Below the pieces are notes generated by a model, which saw only the letters and a program-made list of their open reading frames with translations, made no database searches and had not been told where the DNA came from. The position numbers and the translations under genes were made by a program. A stretch of 58,270 bases of DNA, filler included, from Sandaracinaceae bacterium (GTDB taxonomy: Bacteria > Myxococcota_A > Polyangia > Polyangiales > JADJQN01), in the NCBI GenBank assembly GCA_947483975.1. It is 5 parts of 5 records of this genome, joined end to end, with 100 filler letters (N's around TTAATTAATTAA, not from the genome) between each part and the next. Parts side by side here need not be neighbours in the genome. Positions count along the whole stretch, not along the records: positions 1 to 11,680 come from CANKOL010000140.1; positions 11,781 to 23,418 come from CANKOL010000141.1; 3 more parts are not named here. One strand, written 5' to 3'. Within the stretch, counting starts at the first letter, position 1; every line of letters starts with the position of its first letter. Below are positions 8,705 through 17,720 of the stretch, one piece after another.

Positions 8705-11323
8705 TCAGGGCGTCAGCGTCAGCGTCTCTTCCAGCGCGCCCTCGACGTCGGCGCGGCGGAAGTTCATCGGGCGATACACGCCCTCGCGCCAGTCGGCGAC
8801 GGTGTCGGCCCAGTGCGGGCTGCTCGGCTCGCCGGAGTTGCCGCGCGGAAATTGCACGCGCGCCGACGGCGTGCCGTCCGCGTCGAACTCCGTGATCATC
8901 CGGTAGATCGAGCCGCTGTGCGACTCGAGGCGCTCGCGCGGCGCGCCGCCCTCGAAGAACGTCGTCTCCGAGACGTTGACCGTGCCGTGGCTGCCGTCCG
9001 TCGGCTCGAAGCCGCCGTCGAGCATCGCGTCGCCGTCGATCGCGCCGCCGAAGCGCGTCCCGTGCAGCGCGCCCCACGAGTACAGCGCCGCGTCCGTGCC
9101 GCCGAAGCGCGCGTCGAGCCAGTCGGCGGTCAGCGCGAGCGCCCGCAGCAGGATCAGGTCACGCCCCTCGGCGAGCAGCCCAGCGGAGTCGGGGATCGTC
9201 CCCTCGAGCGCGAAGATCGTGTAGCGCGCGACCGCGATCATCGCCCCCGACGCGAGCGGCTGATAGACGAGCGAGAGGTCGTCCTCGAGCGCCTGCGAGC
9301 ACGCGAAATTCATGAAGCCCTCGAACACCACCGCCGCCGACGACTCGCGCTGCATCCGGCGATCCCAGGCGCTCAGCTGCGCGGCGAGCGCGGCGAGGTC
9401 CGCGCGTCCGCGAAACTCCGCGAGCGCCGGGTCCGTGTCGACGTGCGACATCGCCGTCTCGAGGAACGGCAGCATATGGTCCGCGACGACCGAGTGCGTG
9501 TCGTCTTGCAGCGCCTCGAAGTCCGCGGGGACGATCGGCTCCGGGCGCGCCGAGAGCCGCGTCAGCTCCTCTTCGATGCGCTGCGCGCGCGTGCCCGGGT
9601 CCCAGAACACGCCGTAGTAGAGCGGGTCGTCGTCGTAGCGCCCGTTCGACGAGAAGCCGTACGGGTCGTTGTTCGCCGAGGCGATCCAGCCGCGCGCGCC
9701 GCCGCGGCTGTGCGGCAGGCTCTCCGTCGAGAGGAACGCGTCGGGCGTCCAGAACGTCGACGCGTCGTCGCCGTTCATCATCGCCCAGCGCGGCTGCGTG
9801 AACGCCGCCGGCGGGCCGCGGTCCGGCACGAGCGTGTGAATCCGATAGGCGAGCCCGCTCGCGTCGGCGGCGAGGAAATTGAACGAGGCGATGTCTGAGC
9901 GACTGACCGCCGCGTCGAACTCCTCGACGGTGCGCGCGCGGTCGATCTCGGTGAACACGCTCGCCTCGTTCGTCGCGCGAAACCCCACCCAGTCGAAGAG
10001 CACCGCGTGCCCGGGCCCGACGAGCGGCACCGGCGCGAAGTCGCTCGGCAGGAGCACGCCGTAGCCCGGGACCTCGCGCACGCGGTAGTGCTCCGTGTCG
10101 GCGCCTTTGACGACGATGTCCTCGAGGCGCTCCTGCACGGGCACCAGGGTTCCGCCGATGTTCGCGCCTGCCGGTGTAACCCGGATATCCCAGAGATCCA
10201 TGTAGTCCGGATACGTCGTCGTCGCCGTCCACGCGACGCGGTCCGTGTGCCCGAGCTGAATCCCCGGTGAGCCGACGAACGAGAAGCCGACGACGTCGAG
10301 CGTGCCGCCAGCGTCGCGGCTGTTGACGTGCTGCGCCCAGAAGAGCGACGGGCTCTGCAGCGGCTGGTGCGGATCGCCCGCGATCAGCGGGCGCCCGTTG
10401 GCCGTGTGCGCGCCGCTGACCGCCCAGTTGTTGCTGCCGCCCGAGCGCAGGAAGGCCATGCGCTCCGTGAACGCCGCCATGCGCTCGCGCAGCCCCGCGG
10501 GCAGGGCGCGCGGCGGGCCGTGGCCCTCGGAGGCCGCGGTCAGCGGCGCGACGGCGGTGCTCGGCGGGCGCTCCTCCGGCGGCAGCACGAAGTGGTTCGT
10601 CAGCGCCTGCGTCACCGGGATCGTGCCGGCGATGTCCGGGAGATAGTCGCGCAGCAGCGTCGTGAGGATCTCGTACTCGAGCGTGTTCGCGTTGCTGAAG
10701 AGGATCATGTGCCCGACGCTGAACGCGTCGAGCACCGACCACGCCTCGGGCGTGTAGTCGAGCGCGGTGAAGCCGTAGGGCCTCGGCGCCGTACCCGCGC
10801 GCACCTCCGCGATGCGCGCGTTGACGCCCGCGACCCAGGCGACGATCAGCGCGTAGTCGCCGGGGTTCTCGTCGCGCGCGCGCTCGGCCGAGAGGCGGCC
10901 CCAGCGCGGGAGGCTCATCAGGCGCGACATCCGATCGTCGTCGAGCTTCGACGGGCCGAACACCTCGGACTGTCGCCCCTGCGCGCGCAGGCGCATCAGG
11001 TCCATCTGGAACAGGCGATCCGTCGCCTGCATGTAGCCGGAGGCGTAGAGCGCGTCCGCGTCCGTCGCGCCGTAGATGTGCGGGATGCCCGTTGTGTCGC
11101 GGAGGATCTCGACCTCGCTCGTCAGCCCCGGGAACGTGGGCTCGACGAACGGTGGGCCGAGGTCCGGCGCGCCGAGGTCCCGCGTCCCGGCGTCGACGGC
11201 GACGACCGGCACCTTCGAGCTTCCGTCGCAGCCCGAGAGCGCCGCGGCGAGCGAGAACAGCGAGGCGCAGCACCACCGGCGGAGTGAGGCAGTCGAGGAC
11301 GTCACGGTCTCGTACGCTCTCAC
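8705..11323 (-). CDS. Penicillin acylase / Ntn-hydrolase family lipoprotein
   Basis: RDTTGIPHIY, GYMQATDRLFQMD, the beta-subunit nucleophile GSNNWAVSG, and AGDPH. Confidence 0.93.
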   Translation of the reverse strand: MRAYETVTSSTASLRRWCCASLFSLAAALSGCDGSSKVPVVAVDAGTRDLGAPDLGPPFVEPTFPGLTSEVEILRDTTGIPHIYGATDADALYASGYMQATDRLFQMDLMRLRAQGRQSEVFGPSKLDDDRMSRLMSLPRWGRLSAERARDENPGDYALIVAWVAGVNARIAEVRAGTAPRPYGFTALDYTPEAWSVLDAFSVGHMILFSNANTLEYEILTTLLRDYLPDIAGTIPVTQALTNHFVLPPEERPPSTAVAPLTAASEGHGPPRALPAGLRERMAAFTERMAFLRSGGSNNWAVSGAHTANGRPLIAGDPHQPLQSPSLFWAQHVNSRDAGGTLDVVGFSFVGSPGIQLGHTDRVAWTATTTYPDYMDLWDIRVTPAGANIGGTLVPVQERLEDIVVKGADTEHYRVREVPGYGVLLPSDFAPVPLVGPGHAVLFDWVGFRATNEASVFTEIDRARTVEEFDAAVSRSDIASFNFLAADASGLAYRIHTLVPDRGPPAAFTQPRWAMMNGDDASTFWTPDAFLSTESLPHSRGGARGWIASANNDPYGFSSNGRYDDDPLYYGVFWDPGTRAQRIEEELTRLSARPEPIVPADFEALQDDTHSVVADHMLPFLETAMSHVDTDPALAEFRGRADLAALAAQLSAWDRRMQRESSAAVVFEGFMNFACSQALEDDLSLVYQPLASGAMIAVARYTIFALEGTIPDSAGLLAEGRDLILLRALALTADWLDARFGGTDAALYSWGALHGTRFGGAIDGDAMLDGGFEPTDGSHGTVNVSETTFFEGGAPRERLESHSGSIYRMITEFDADGTPSARVQFPRGNSGEPSSPHWADTVADWREGVYRPMNFRRADVEGALEETLTLTP

Positions 11324-11431
11324 GCACCGTCGCGCGCGCGCAACCGACGGTCGGCGCCCTCGCCGGCGGTGACCTCCCGCGGAGTTCGATCAGGCAGGCT
11401 CGCGCAGGCAATAGAGCGCCTCAGGTCGACG

Positions 11432-11460
11432 TTGACAGCGCTGAACCGCTCCGGCAGCCT
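11432..11460 (+). promoter_or_regulatory. Candidate sigma70-type promoter
   Basis: TTGACA-N17-CAGCCT upstream of the ORF at 11572; the -10 box is weak. Confidence 0.3.
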
Positions 11461-11571
11461 CGCCCGGCGCAGTGTCGTTCTCCGCCGCCCGGCGTTCCTC
11501 GGCGTCTTGCCGCGCACCCGCTCGACTCTCCGTTCGCCGATTCACGCGCCTCGTCCCTTGAGCCTACTGAA

Positions 11572-11680
11572 ATGAGCCCTCGCATGACGTTCTCGAAGTC
11601 CAATGCCACGCTCGCCGCGCTCGCGTCGACAGCCCTGCTGTTCGCGGGTTGCTCCGCCAGTCGGTCGTTTCCGAACCCCA
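11572..11680 (+). CDS. Lipoprotein, 3'-truncated at contig end
   Basis: MSPRMTFSKSNATLAALASTALLFAGC is a signal peptide with a lipobox. Confidence 0.55.
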
Positions 11681-11780
11681 NNNNNNNNNNNNNNNNNNNN
11701 NNNNNNNNNNNNNNNNNNNNNNNNTTAATTAATTAANNNNNNNNNNNNNNNNNNNNNNNNNNNNNNNNNNNNNNNNNNNN
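11681..11780. other. Artificial contig-joining linker
   Basis: N44-TTAATTAATTAA-N44, which puts stops in all six frames. Confidence 0.99.
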
Positions 11781-14700
11781 CGCCTCCATGCCGCGCGGGT
11801 AGAGCTCGAGCCGCGCAGACGCGGCGGCGTTCGCGCTGGCGCGTGCCGCGAGCACGAGGCGCTGGTCGGCTGGCAACGTGGTGAGCGGGGTGCTGGCGCT
11901 GACCTCGGCGAGCGCCGCGCGCACCGCTTCGGACGAAGGTAGCGGCTCGGTCGCAGCCAGAGCGTCGGCGCTCTCTGCGAGCGCTGCGAGCGCGTCGAGC
12001 ACCTCGGGATCACGACCGACCCAGGGGATGTCTCCGATGCGGCGCCAAGTGGCAGGTGGATTCGGGCGCTGCTCGAGAGCCACGCGGAGCAGCGCTGCGG
12101 CGGTGCGCAAGTCGTCGTCCGTCGGCGGGCCTTCCATCCGCGCGCTGGCCAACGCGCTCGCAAGCTCGACGAAGGTCGTCGCGGGGGGCGCGGCGTCGAG
12201 CGCCGCCGACAGCGTCTGCATGAGCGAGCTCGCCGCAGGGGAGTCCACCCAGCGCTTGTTGCGGAGGAACTGGAGGCTCGAATGGACCTGCGCCGGCTCG
12301 ATGCCGAACGCGTTCGCGACCTCGCTCGCGGTGCGCACGGCTGGGAGCCCCGTATCGGGCCGCCCGTCCGGCAAGGGATCGAGGCCCACGAGCACGCGGA
12401 GGCGACGGTTCGCCTCGTTCACGCTCGCCCGTCCGATGAGCTCGCGCGACCAGTCGCCCAGCGAACCCGGCATGGGCTCAGCGGCGGCGATGACGACGAG
12501 CTGGTCGCGCAGCGCCTCGGCGCGCGGCTTGCCGAGGAGCTTCTCGATGCGGACGGCGGGCGCGAGCGCCGCGTCGACGGTGGTCTTGATTCCAGCCGCG
12601 AGGAGGCGGTCCACCGTGTCGAGCGCTACGCCGGCCTCGGGCTCCTCGAGGGCCCAGCGCGGACGAGCGAAGCCGGGTACGAGCGCGGGCTGGTTCTCGA
12701 CCTCGAAGCGTGTACGGAGCTGGTCGGCGAGTGCGACGATCTCGCGCGCTACGTGCGTGCCTACACCGCGCACGACTGATAGCTGGTTGCGCGGCAGCAG
12801 CAGCAGCTCGTCGACCTTCGACACACCCGCACGGTCGAGCGCGTTGCGTGCGCGAGCGGAGAGCGGCAACGCGTCGACGGGCGTCTCCGGGCGCACCTGG
12901 TCGAGGGCGATGGCGGAGGCGCCGTCGTCAGTCTCGACTGGAGCCGCCAGCGTGCTCGACCACGTCTGGCGCATCGTCTCGGCGCTGGTGAAGCGAGCCT
13001 TGGGATCGCGCGCGAAGGCCCTACGGAAGAACGTCGCGAGCCGATCTCGCACGGCGGCGTCGAAGCGCTCCACCTCGATGACGATGTCGCCGGTCGCGCC
13101 GCCTTGTGCGCGAGCGGGTCGAGCACCGGTGAGCGCGTGGTAGAGCACGGCCGCAGCGGCGTAGCGGTCGGCGTCGGCGTCCCACCCGCCGCGCAGGTAG
13201 AGCCACGGGTCGCGCCACTCAGCGGTGCCCGCGCTGGTTGCGGTCGCATCGACCGATGAGAGCGAGAAGTCGAGCAGCAGCAGGTGGCTCTGCTTCTTCG
13301 AGAGGCTCGTGAAGCCTACGTTCGTCGGCTTGATGTCACGGTGGGTGACGCCCGCCTCTTCGAGGTACTGCACCGCCGAGAGTAGGTCGTCGCCGTAGCG
13401 GCGCGCGAGCTCGAGCGGGAGCGTGCCCTGCTCGCGGAGCACATCCCCGAGGCAGCGATCACCGGCGAACTCTAGGAGCAGGCACGGCAGCCCGCCGAGC
13501 GTGACGACATCGCGCAGCGCGACGATGTGCTCGTGGCGTAGCGCCCGCAGCGTCGCTGCCTCGGCGAGCAGCCGCTCACCGCAGCCGGCGTCGTGTGGAA
13601 TCTTGAGGGCGAAGTCGCGGCCTTCGCGGCGCACGTGGAGCACCAGGGCAGTCCCGCCTGAGCCGAGGCGCCGCTCGACACGCAGTCCGCCCGGCAGCGT
13701 GTCGCCCTTCTGTGCCTCGCGGGGATCAGCCGCTGCACTGGTATCAACGCTCGGCCGCGTGAGCGCCTCGAGGACGAAGGAGTTGAACCAGTCGGATACG
13801 TCGTCGGCGCGCTCATGAAGGTTCGGCCGTGTGGCGAACGCGATGGACTCGTCGAGGAGCGCGAGGTCGGCGCGGACTGACGAGGGGCGCAGGCCACCCT
13901 CGCTGCCGGTTTCGGCTCCGAGGCGCTGCTCCCGCTCGGCGAGCGTCGCGGCGGGGTGCTGCCCGGTGAGCACGAGCCACGCGAGGCAGCCCACCGAGAA
14001 CACGTCGCTCTCGTAGGTCGCCTTCTCCGGGTCGGCGAGGACCTCCGGCGCCTGGTAGAGCCGATCGACGACCTGCGACAGGTCTTGGAAGTGGCGCGTG
14101 CCGACGCTCGAGTGCTCGACCCACGCGGCGGTCTGGAAGCGATGGAGGCGCATGTGGAGGCGGCCATCGCTGGCGCGTTGGACCAGCACGGAGGCCGGCG
14201 CGAGGTTGCGGTGGAGCACCGCTGCGCGGTGGCAGTGAGCGACCGCCTCGACGATCTGCTGGAGCAGCCCGAGCCGCTCGTCGAACGTGAGGTTTGGCTC
14301 CTGGCGGATGAACGCGTGAAGGGGGAGCGAGCCCTCGAAGGCCTCGAAGAGGACCGCCGGTCCGAGCGGCGCATCATCGACGAAGGAACGGTACGCGAGG
14401 ATGCCGGGGTGCTGGCCGATCTGCGCGAGCGTCTGTGCTTCGCGCCGCGCGGCGCGGTGAAGCTGGGCGCGTCGCTCGACACTCGTCGCGGCGGGCACGA
14501 GGTAGCTCCGAACGCGCGCTTGGTCGCGGTCGACGGCGGCATTCCGTGCGAGGTGCTCTTGGTAGCCCTCGCCATCGTCGAGCAGCTCGCCGAGCTTGTA
14601 GCCGCCTACCATCCGCGCCGTGCTGCTCGGGCGTAGCCCGATCCTGTGCGCAGCCTGCAGGAGCTCCTTCATCATCGGTCCGTTGACGATCCGCCGCGCG

Positions 14701-15197
14701 TCTCGGCCATCGAGCCCGTTGACGAGCTTGCTGCCCACGTCCTCCGGCAGCAGCAGCCACGGCGGTCGGCCGTCCTCGAGGCGAACCTCTGTGACCTTGG
14801 AGAGGAAGACCGCCGCTTGAACGTAGGGACGCTCGTGTCCGAGCTGCCGCTCCAGCAGGTCGCCGAGCACCTTCGCCTTGTGATTCGCGCGGGGGTACGG
14901 GCACTCGATCGTGCGGCGGCGGCCGCCCTCAGTGATCGTCCAGTCGACGATGTCGCCCGTGAGGACGCCGGGGTTGCTCTTGATCTCGACGAGGAACACC
15001 CCCTGCCGAGAGAGGAACAGCAGGTCGACCTCGTAGAGGCGGCCCGACGACGGGTCGTAGAGCTCGTGCAGCTCCCACGCCTGATGCGGGTTCGCGTCCG
15101 AGACGGACGCGTGCTTGTAGACGAGGTCGAGCGCCTCACGCTCCCAGGGATAGGGCGTCGCGCGTCCTCGATGGATGCGCCCTTCGGAGAGCGCCAC
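11781..15197 (-). CDS. pglW: BREX type 2 / Pgl PglW-like protein (NERD nuclease + pseudokinase + Ser/Thr kinase + RNAP alpha-CTD-like + HTH), 3'-truncated
   Basis: NERD motif EVDLLFLSRQGVFLVEIK; degenerate first kinase (HRNLAP, HRFQTA); intact second kinase (LGSGGTALV, ALK, HRDIKPTN, DFS); alpha-CTD-like LSARARNALDRAGV...VRGVG. This is the known PglW domain order. Confidence 0.85.
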
Positions 15198-15902
15198 TTA
15201 CTTCTCCCCCACGTTTCGCGCGAGCTCAGCCGCCTCAGGCTCAGCGTCGGGCGAGACGACGGCGCCGTCGAGATGACCAAAGCCGGCGCCGCGTAGAGCG
15301 CCCTCGGCGCCGGCGCCCGGGCGCACGATGACGGTGCGGCCGCTCGCGCCCAGCACCACCGCCGCAAGGCCGGCGAGCTGCCGCCACGCGGGCTTCTCGG
15401 CGAGCACCACGACCTGATTCGTCCACGAGAGCGCCGAGTTTTCGGCGAACGCCTTCGCCACGGCGACCACCGCGGCGCCTCCGGCGATAACGAGCTTGGT
15501 CGAGGGCGTGAGCGCCTGAACGGGAACGGGCGAGGCCTTCACGCCAAGGCCGTCGCCGATCTGCTCGAGACTCGCCGGCGCGCTGAGCTCGGCGAGCAGA
15601 CGCTTCGCGGTGTGGTCGTCGAGGCCACCCCAGTCGGGCCCGAAGGCCTCGTCCTCAGCGAGACCGAAGAGGCCGAAGCACTCCGAAGGCGAGAACGCCG
15701 CGCCCCAGGTTCCCGCCGCGTCCCGCAGCAGGATGTCGATGCGGTCGCCCGCGCCGAGCGCGCCCGCGAACTGCGCCCAACGCGCGTCCGCGTCGGCGCC
15801 GAATCGGCGCGCCGTGCGCTCTCGGGCGTCGAGCGCGCGCAGGCCGAGCAAAGCGGCCGCGTAGAAAGCCGAGCGCTCCTGTGCAGTCGGTGGAGCCGTC
15901 AC
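15198..15902 (-). CDS. Hypothetical protein (234 aa) coupled to pglW
   Basis: GTG start overlaps the HTH stop (GTGA), and its TAA abuts the pglW GTG with no gap. Codon usage resembles its neighbours. Confidence 0.75.
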   Translation of the reverse strand: MTAPPTAQERSAFYAAALLGLRALDARERTARRFGADADARWAQFAGALGAGDRIDILLRDAAGTWGAAFSPSECFGLFGLAEDEAFGPDWGGLDDHTAKRLLAELSAPASLEQIGDGLGVKASPVPVQALTPSTKLVIAGGAAVVAVAKAFAENSALSWTNQVVVLAEKPAWRQLAGLAAVVLGASGRTVIVRPGAGAEGALRGAGFGHLDGAVVSPDAEPEAAELARNVGEK

Positions 15903-16096
15903 TTCGGATCCTCCTCGCCCACGGCGCGGCGGGTCTTTGCGTCGATCCAGGCATGCAGGTCCTCGCGGCGGAAACGCCACTGCCCCCCGACCTTGAACGC
16001 TGGCATGTCCCCCCTCTGCGCCATCGTGTAGACGGTCTTTTCGGCGACCTTGAGCAATCGGGCAACCTCGGGAAGCGTGAGGATCTCGTCCGCCAT
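15899..16096 (-). CDS. Excisionase-like (HTH_17/MerR-type) DNA-binding protein
   Basis: MADEILTLPEVARLLKVAEKTVYTMAQRGDMPAFKVGGQWRFRREDLHAWI. Confidence 0.9.
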   Translation of the reverse strand: MADEILTLPEVARLLKVAEKTVYTMAQRGDMPAFKVGGQWRFRREDLHAWIDAKTRRAVGEEDPK

Positions 16097-16437
16097 TGAG
16101 GGCAAGCTCCACGGTGAGCGGTTGGCAAGACTCGCCAGCGGCCGCCAGTGTGCACCAGGCCGAGCCGGATCATCAACGCTCTCGTGGGCGTCGGACGTGA
16201 TCAGCGCAGAACTGGGCGCGGGGCTCCCCGGCTCGTCGTCCCGCTCTCGGCAGTCCCAACGGGCACCGACCTCCACGACGAGAGCCGTCGCACACGCCTT
16301 CCGATGGGATGAAGCGTCTACCCGATGCGGCCGCCCACCTGACCATCCGGGCGCAGGACGCCGGCCCCACGAATCCCCCCGCGGATTCTCCTATCAGCAG
16401 GTGGAGGCGCCCCGCCTTCTTCACCCAGGAGATCCCC

Positions 16438-17562
16438 ATGACCACCGCCCAGACCGTGGAGCGCACGGCTCCGTCCGCCGCACCCCTTCGCCCGCTCCAT
16501 GACCAGTACGAGAAGTGGATCGCCCACAGGGATCCGATCCCGTTCGCCGAAGCCGCCCAGCTCGTCCTCGACGCCCACGACGACGACGGAGAGCGTGACG
16601 ACGTCGTCGCCCACGACCTGCGCACCTGGGCCTTCGGTGGCCACGACGGCCACATGGTCCTCGCTCCGGTCCCGCTGCTCGGCCGCTCGCCGATGACATC
16701 GATCCCGCTGCGCGAGCTCGCCTTCTCGCAGCTCTGCACCCGCATCGGTGCGCCGCCGGCCTACGTCCGCGAGCTGCCGCCGAAGCTCCAGACCGCCTGC
16801 ATGAACTACGGCCTCACCCGCGAGAAGCAGTCCGCGCTGCTGCGAGTCGGTGGCGGCGAGGTCCGTGCCGTCGTCAGCGACCGCTACGCCGCGCTCGACG
16901 ACGAGTTCGTACTCGAGACCGTGGGCGACGTGCTCGACCGCGCCGGCTTCCTCAGCGACGCACTCGTCCGGGCGACCGCCGTGGGCACGTCCACGATCCT
17001 GCGCGTGACGGTCCCGAACGAGGGCGTCGCGGTCAGGGTCAACGATGTCTTCGAGTACGGGCTCGACATCGGGAACAGCGAGGTCGGGCTCCGCTCCGTG
17101 CAGATCACCCCCGTCACCTGGAGGTTGCGCTGCACCAACGGCATGCGGGCCTGGAAGAGCGAGGCGTCGATGCGGATGCGGCACGTCGGCGACCCGAAGC
17201 GCCTCAAGGAGCAGCTGCGTGACGCCGTGCCGGTGGCCTTCGCCGAAGCCCGCGGGGACATCGAGAAGTGGAGGCGTGCCACCGACGTCCTCATCGACTC
17301 CGCGCTCGAGGAGATCGAAGGGCTCCGCGCCTTCGGCCTCGGCATCGGTGACGTGCAGGCCGTCGGGCGCGAACTCGCTGCGTCAGGCGGGCTGCTGACG
17401 TCGAGCTCGTCGGCGGAGAAGGTCAGCGAGGCGCTCAAGGTGCCGACGACGGCCTTCGACGTCGCGAACGCCATCACGGCGACGGCGCGGGAGCGAGACG
17501 TCGCGGGGCGGCTCACGCTCGAGGAGGCCGGGCACCGCTATCTGAGCCGGCGCGCTGCGTGA
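16438..17562 (+). CDS. DUF932-family phage/plasmid protein
   Basis: AGGAG RBS; motifs AFSQLC.RIG.P..Y, RAVVSDRY and GNSEVG..S......RL.CTNGM. Confidence 0.75.
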   Translation: MTTAQTVERTAPSAAPLRPLHDQYEKWIAHRDPIPFAEAAQLVLDAHDDDGERDDVVAHDLRTWAFGGHDGHMVLAPVPLLGRSPMTSIPLRELAFSQLCTRIGAPPAYVRELPPKLQTACMNYGLTREKQSALLRVGGGEVRAVVSDRYAALDDEFVLETVGDVLDRAGFLSDALVRATAVGTSTILRVTVPNEGVAVRVNDVFEYGLDIGNSEVGLRSVQITPVTWRLRCTNGMRAWKSEASMRMRHVGDPKRLKEQLRDAVPVAFAEARGDIEKWRRATDVLIDSALEEIEGLRAFGLGIGDVQAVGRELAASGGLLTSSSSAEKVSEALKVPTTAFDVANAITATARERDVAGRLTLEEAGHRYLSRRAA

Positions 17563-17592
17563 CGATGGGCGGGTGCGGCGCACGTTGATGTT

Positions 17593-17621
17593 GGGGGAGG
17601 CGGGCTCGACCCGCCTTCTCT
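17593..17621 (+). terminator. Stem-loop after DUF932 (probable terminator)
   Basis: GGGGGAGGCGGG-CTCGA-CCCGCCTTCTCT, a 12-bp stem. Confidence 0.55.
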
Positions 17622-17720
17622 TGCCATTCCCAAGCATCACCGGTGGCACAACGGGCCAAGAGTTGTCTCGCCAAGGGTGCCGCGAGACGAATCCCAGCTC
17701 ACGCGTGATAGCTTCGCACC

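Noticed and set aside
4293..9077. 1594-aa antisense ORF, and similar long shadow ORFs at 48004-51375, 23616-26075, 42855-45053 and most of 53361-55979
   Set aside because: They are Arg/Ala-rich antisense frames of well-supported genes, an expected artefact of very high GC3.
11781..16096. Assignment as a MADS defence system
   Set aside because: The HTH resembles the MADS leader gene, but no methyltransferase or specificity genes follow it, and the kinase has the alpha-CTD-like region of PglW.
16097..16437. Possible att site, oriT or ncRNA in the divergent intergenic region
   Set aside because: Only short imperfect inverted repeats are visible, and there is no integrase or relaxase on the contig to support a call.
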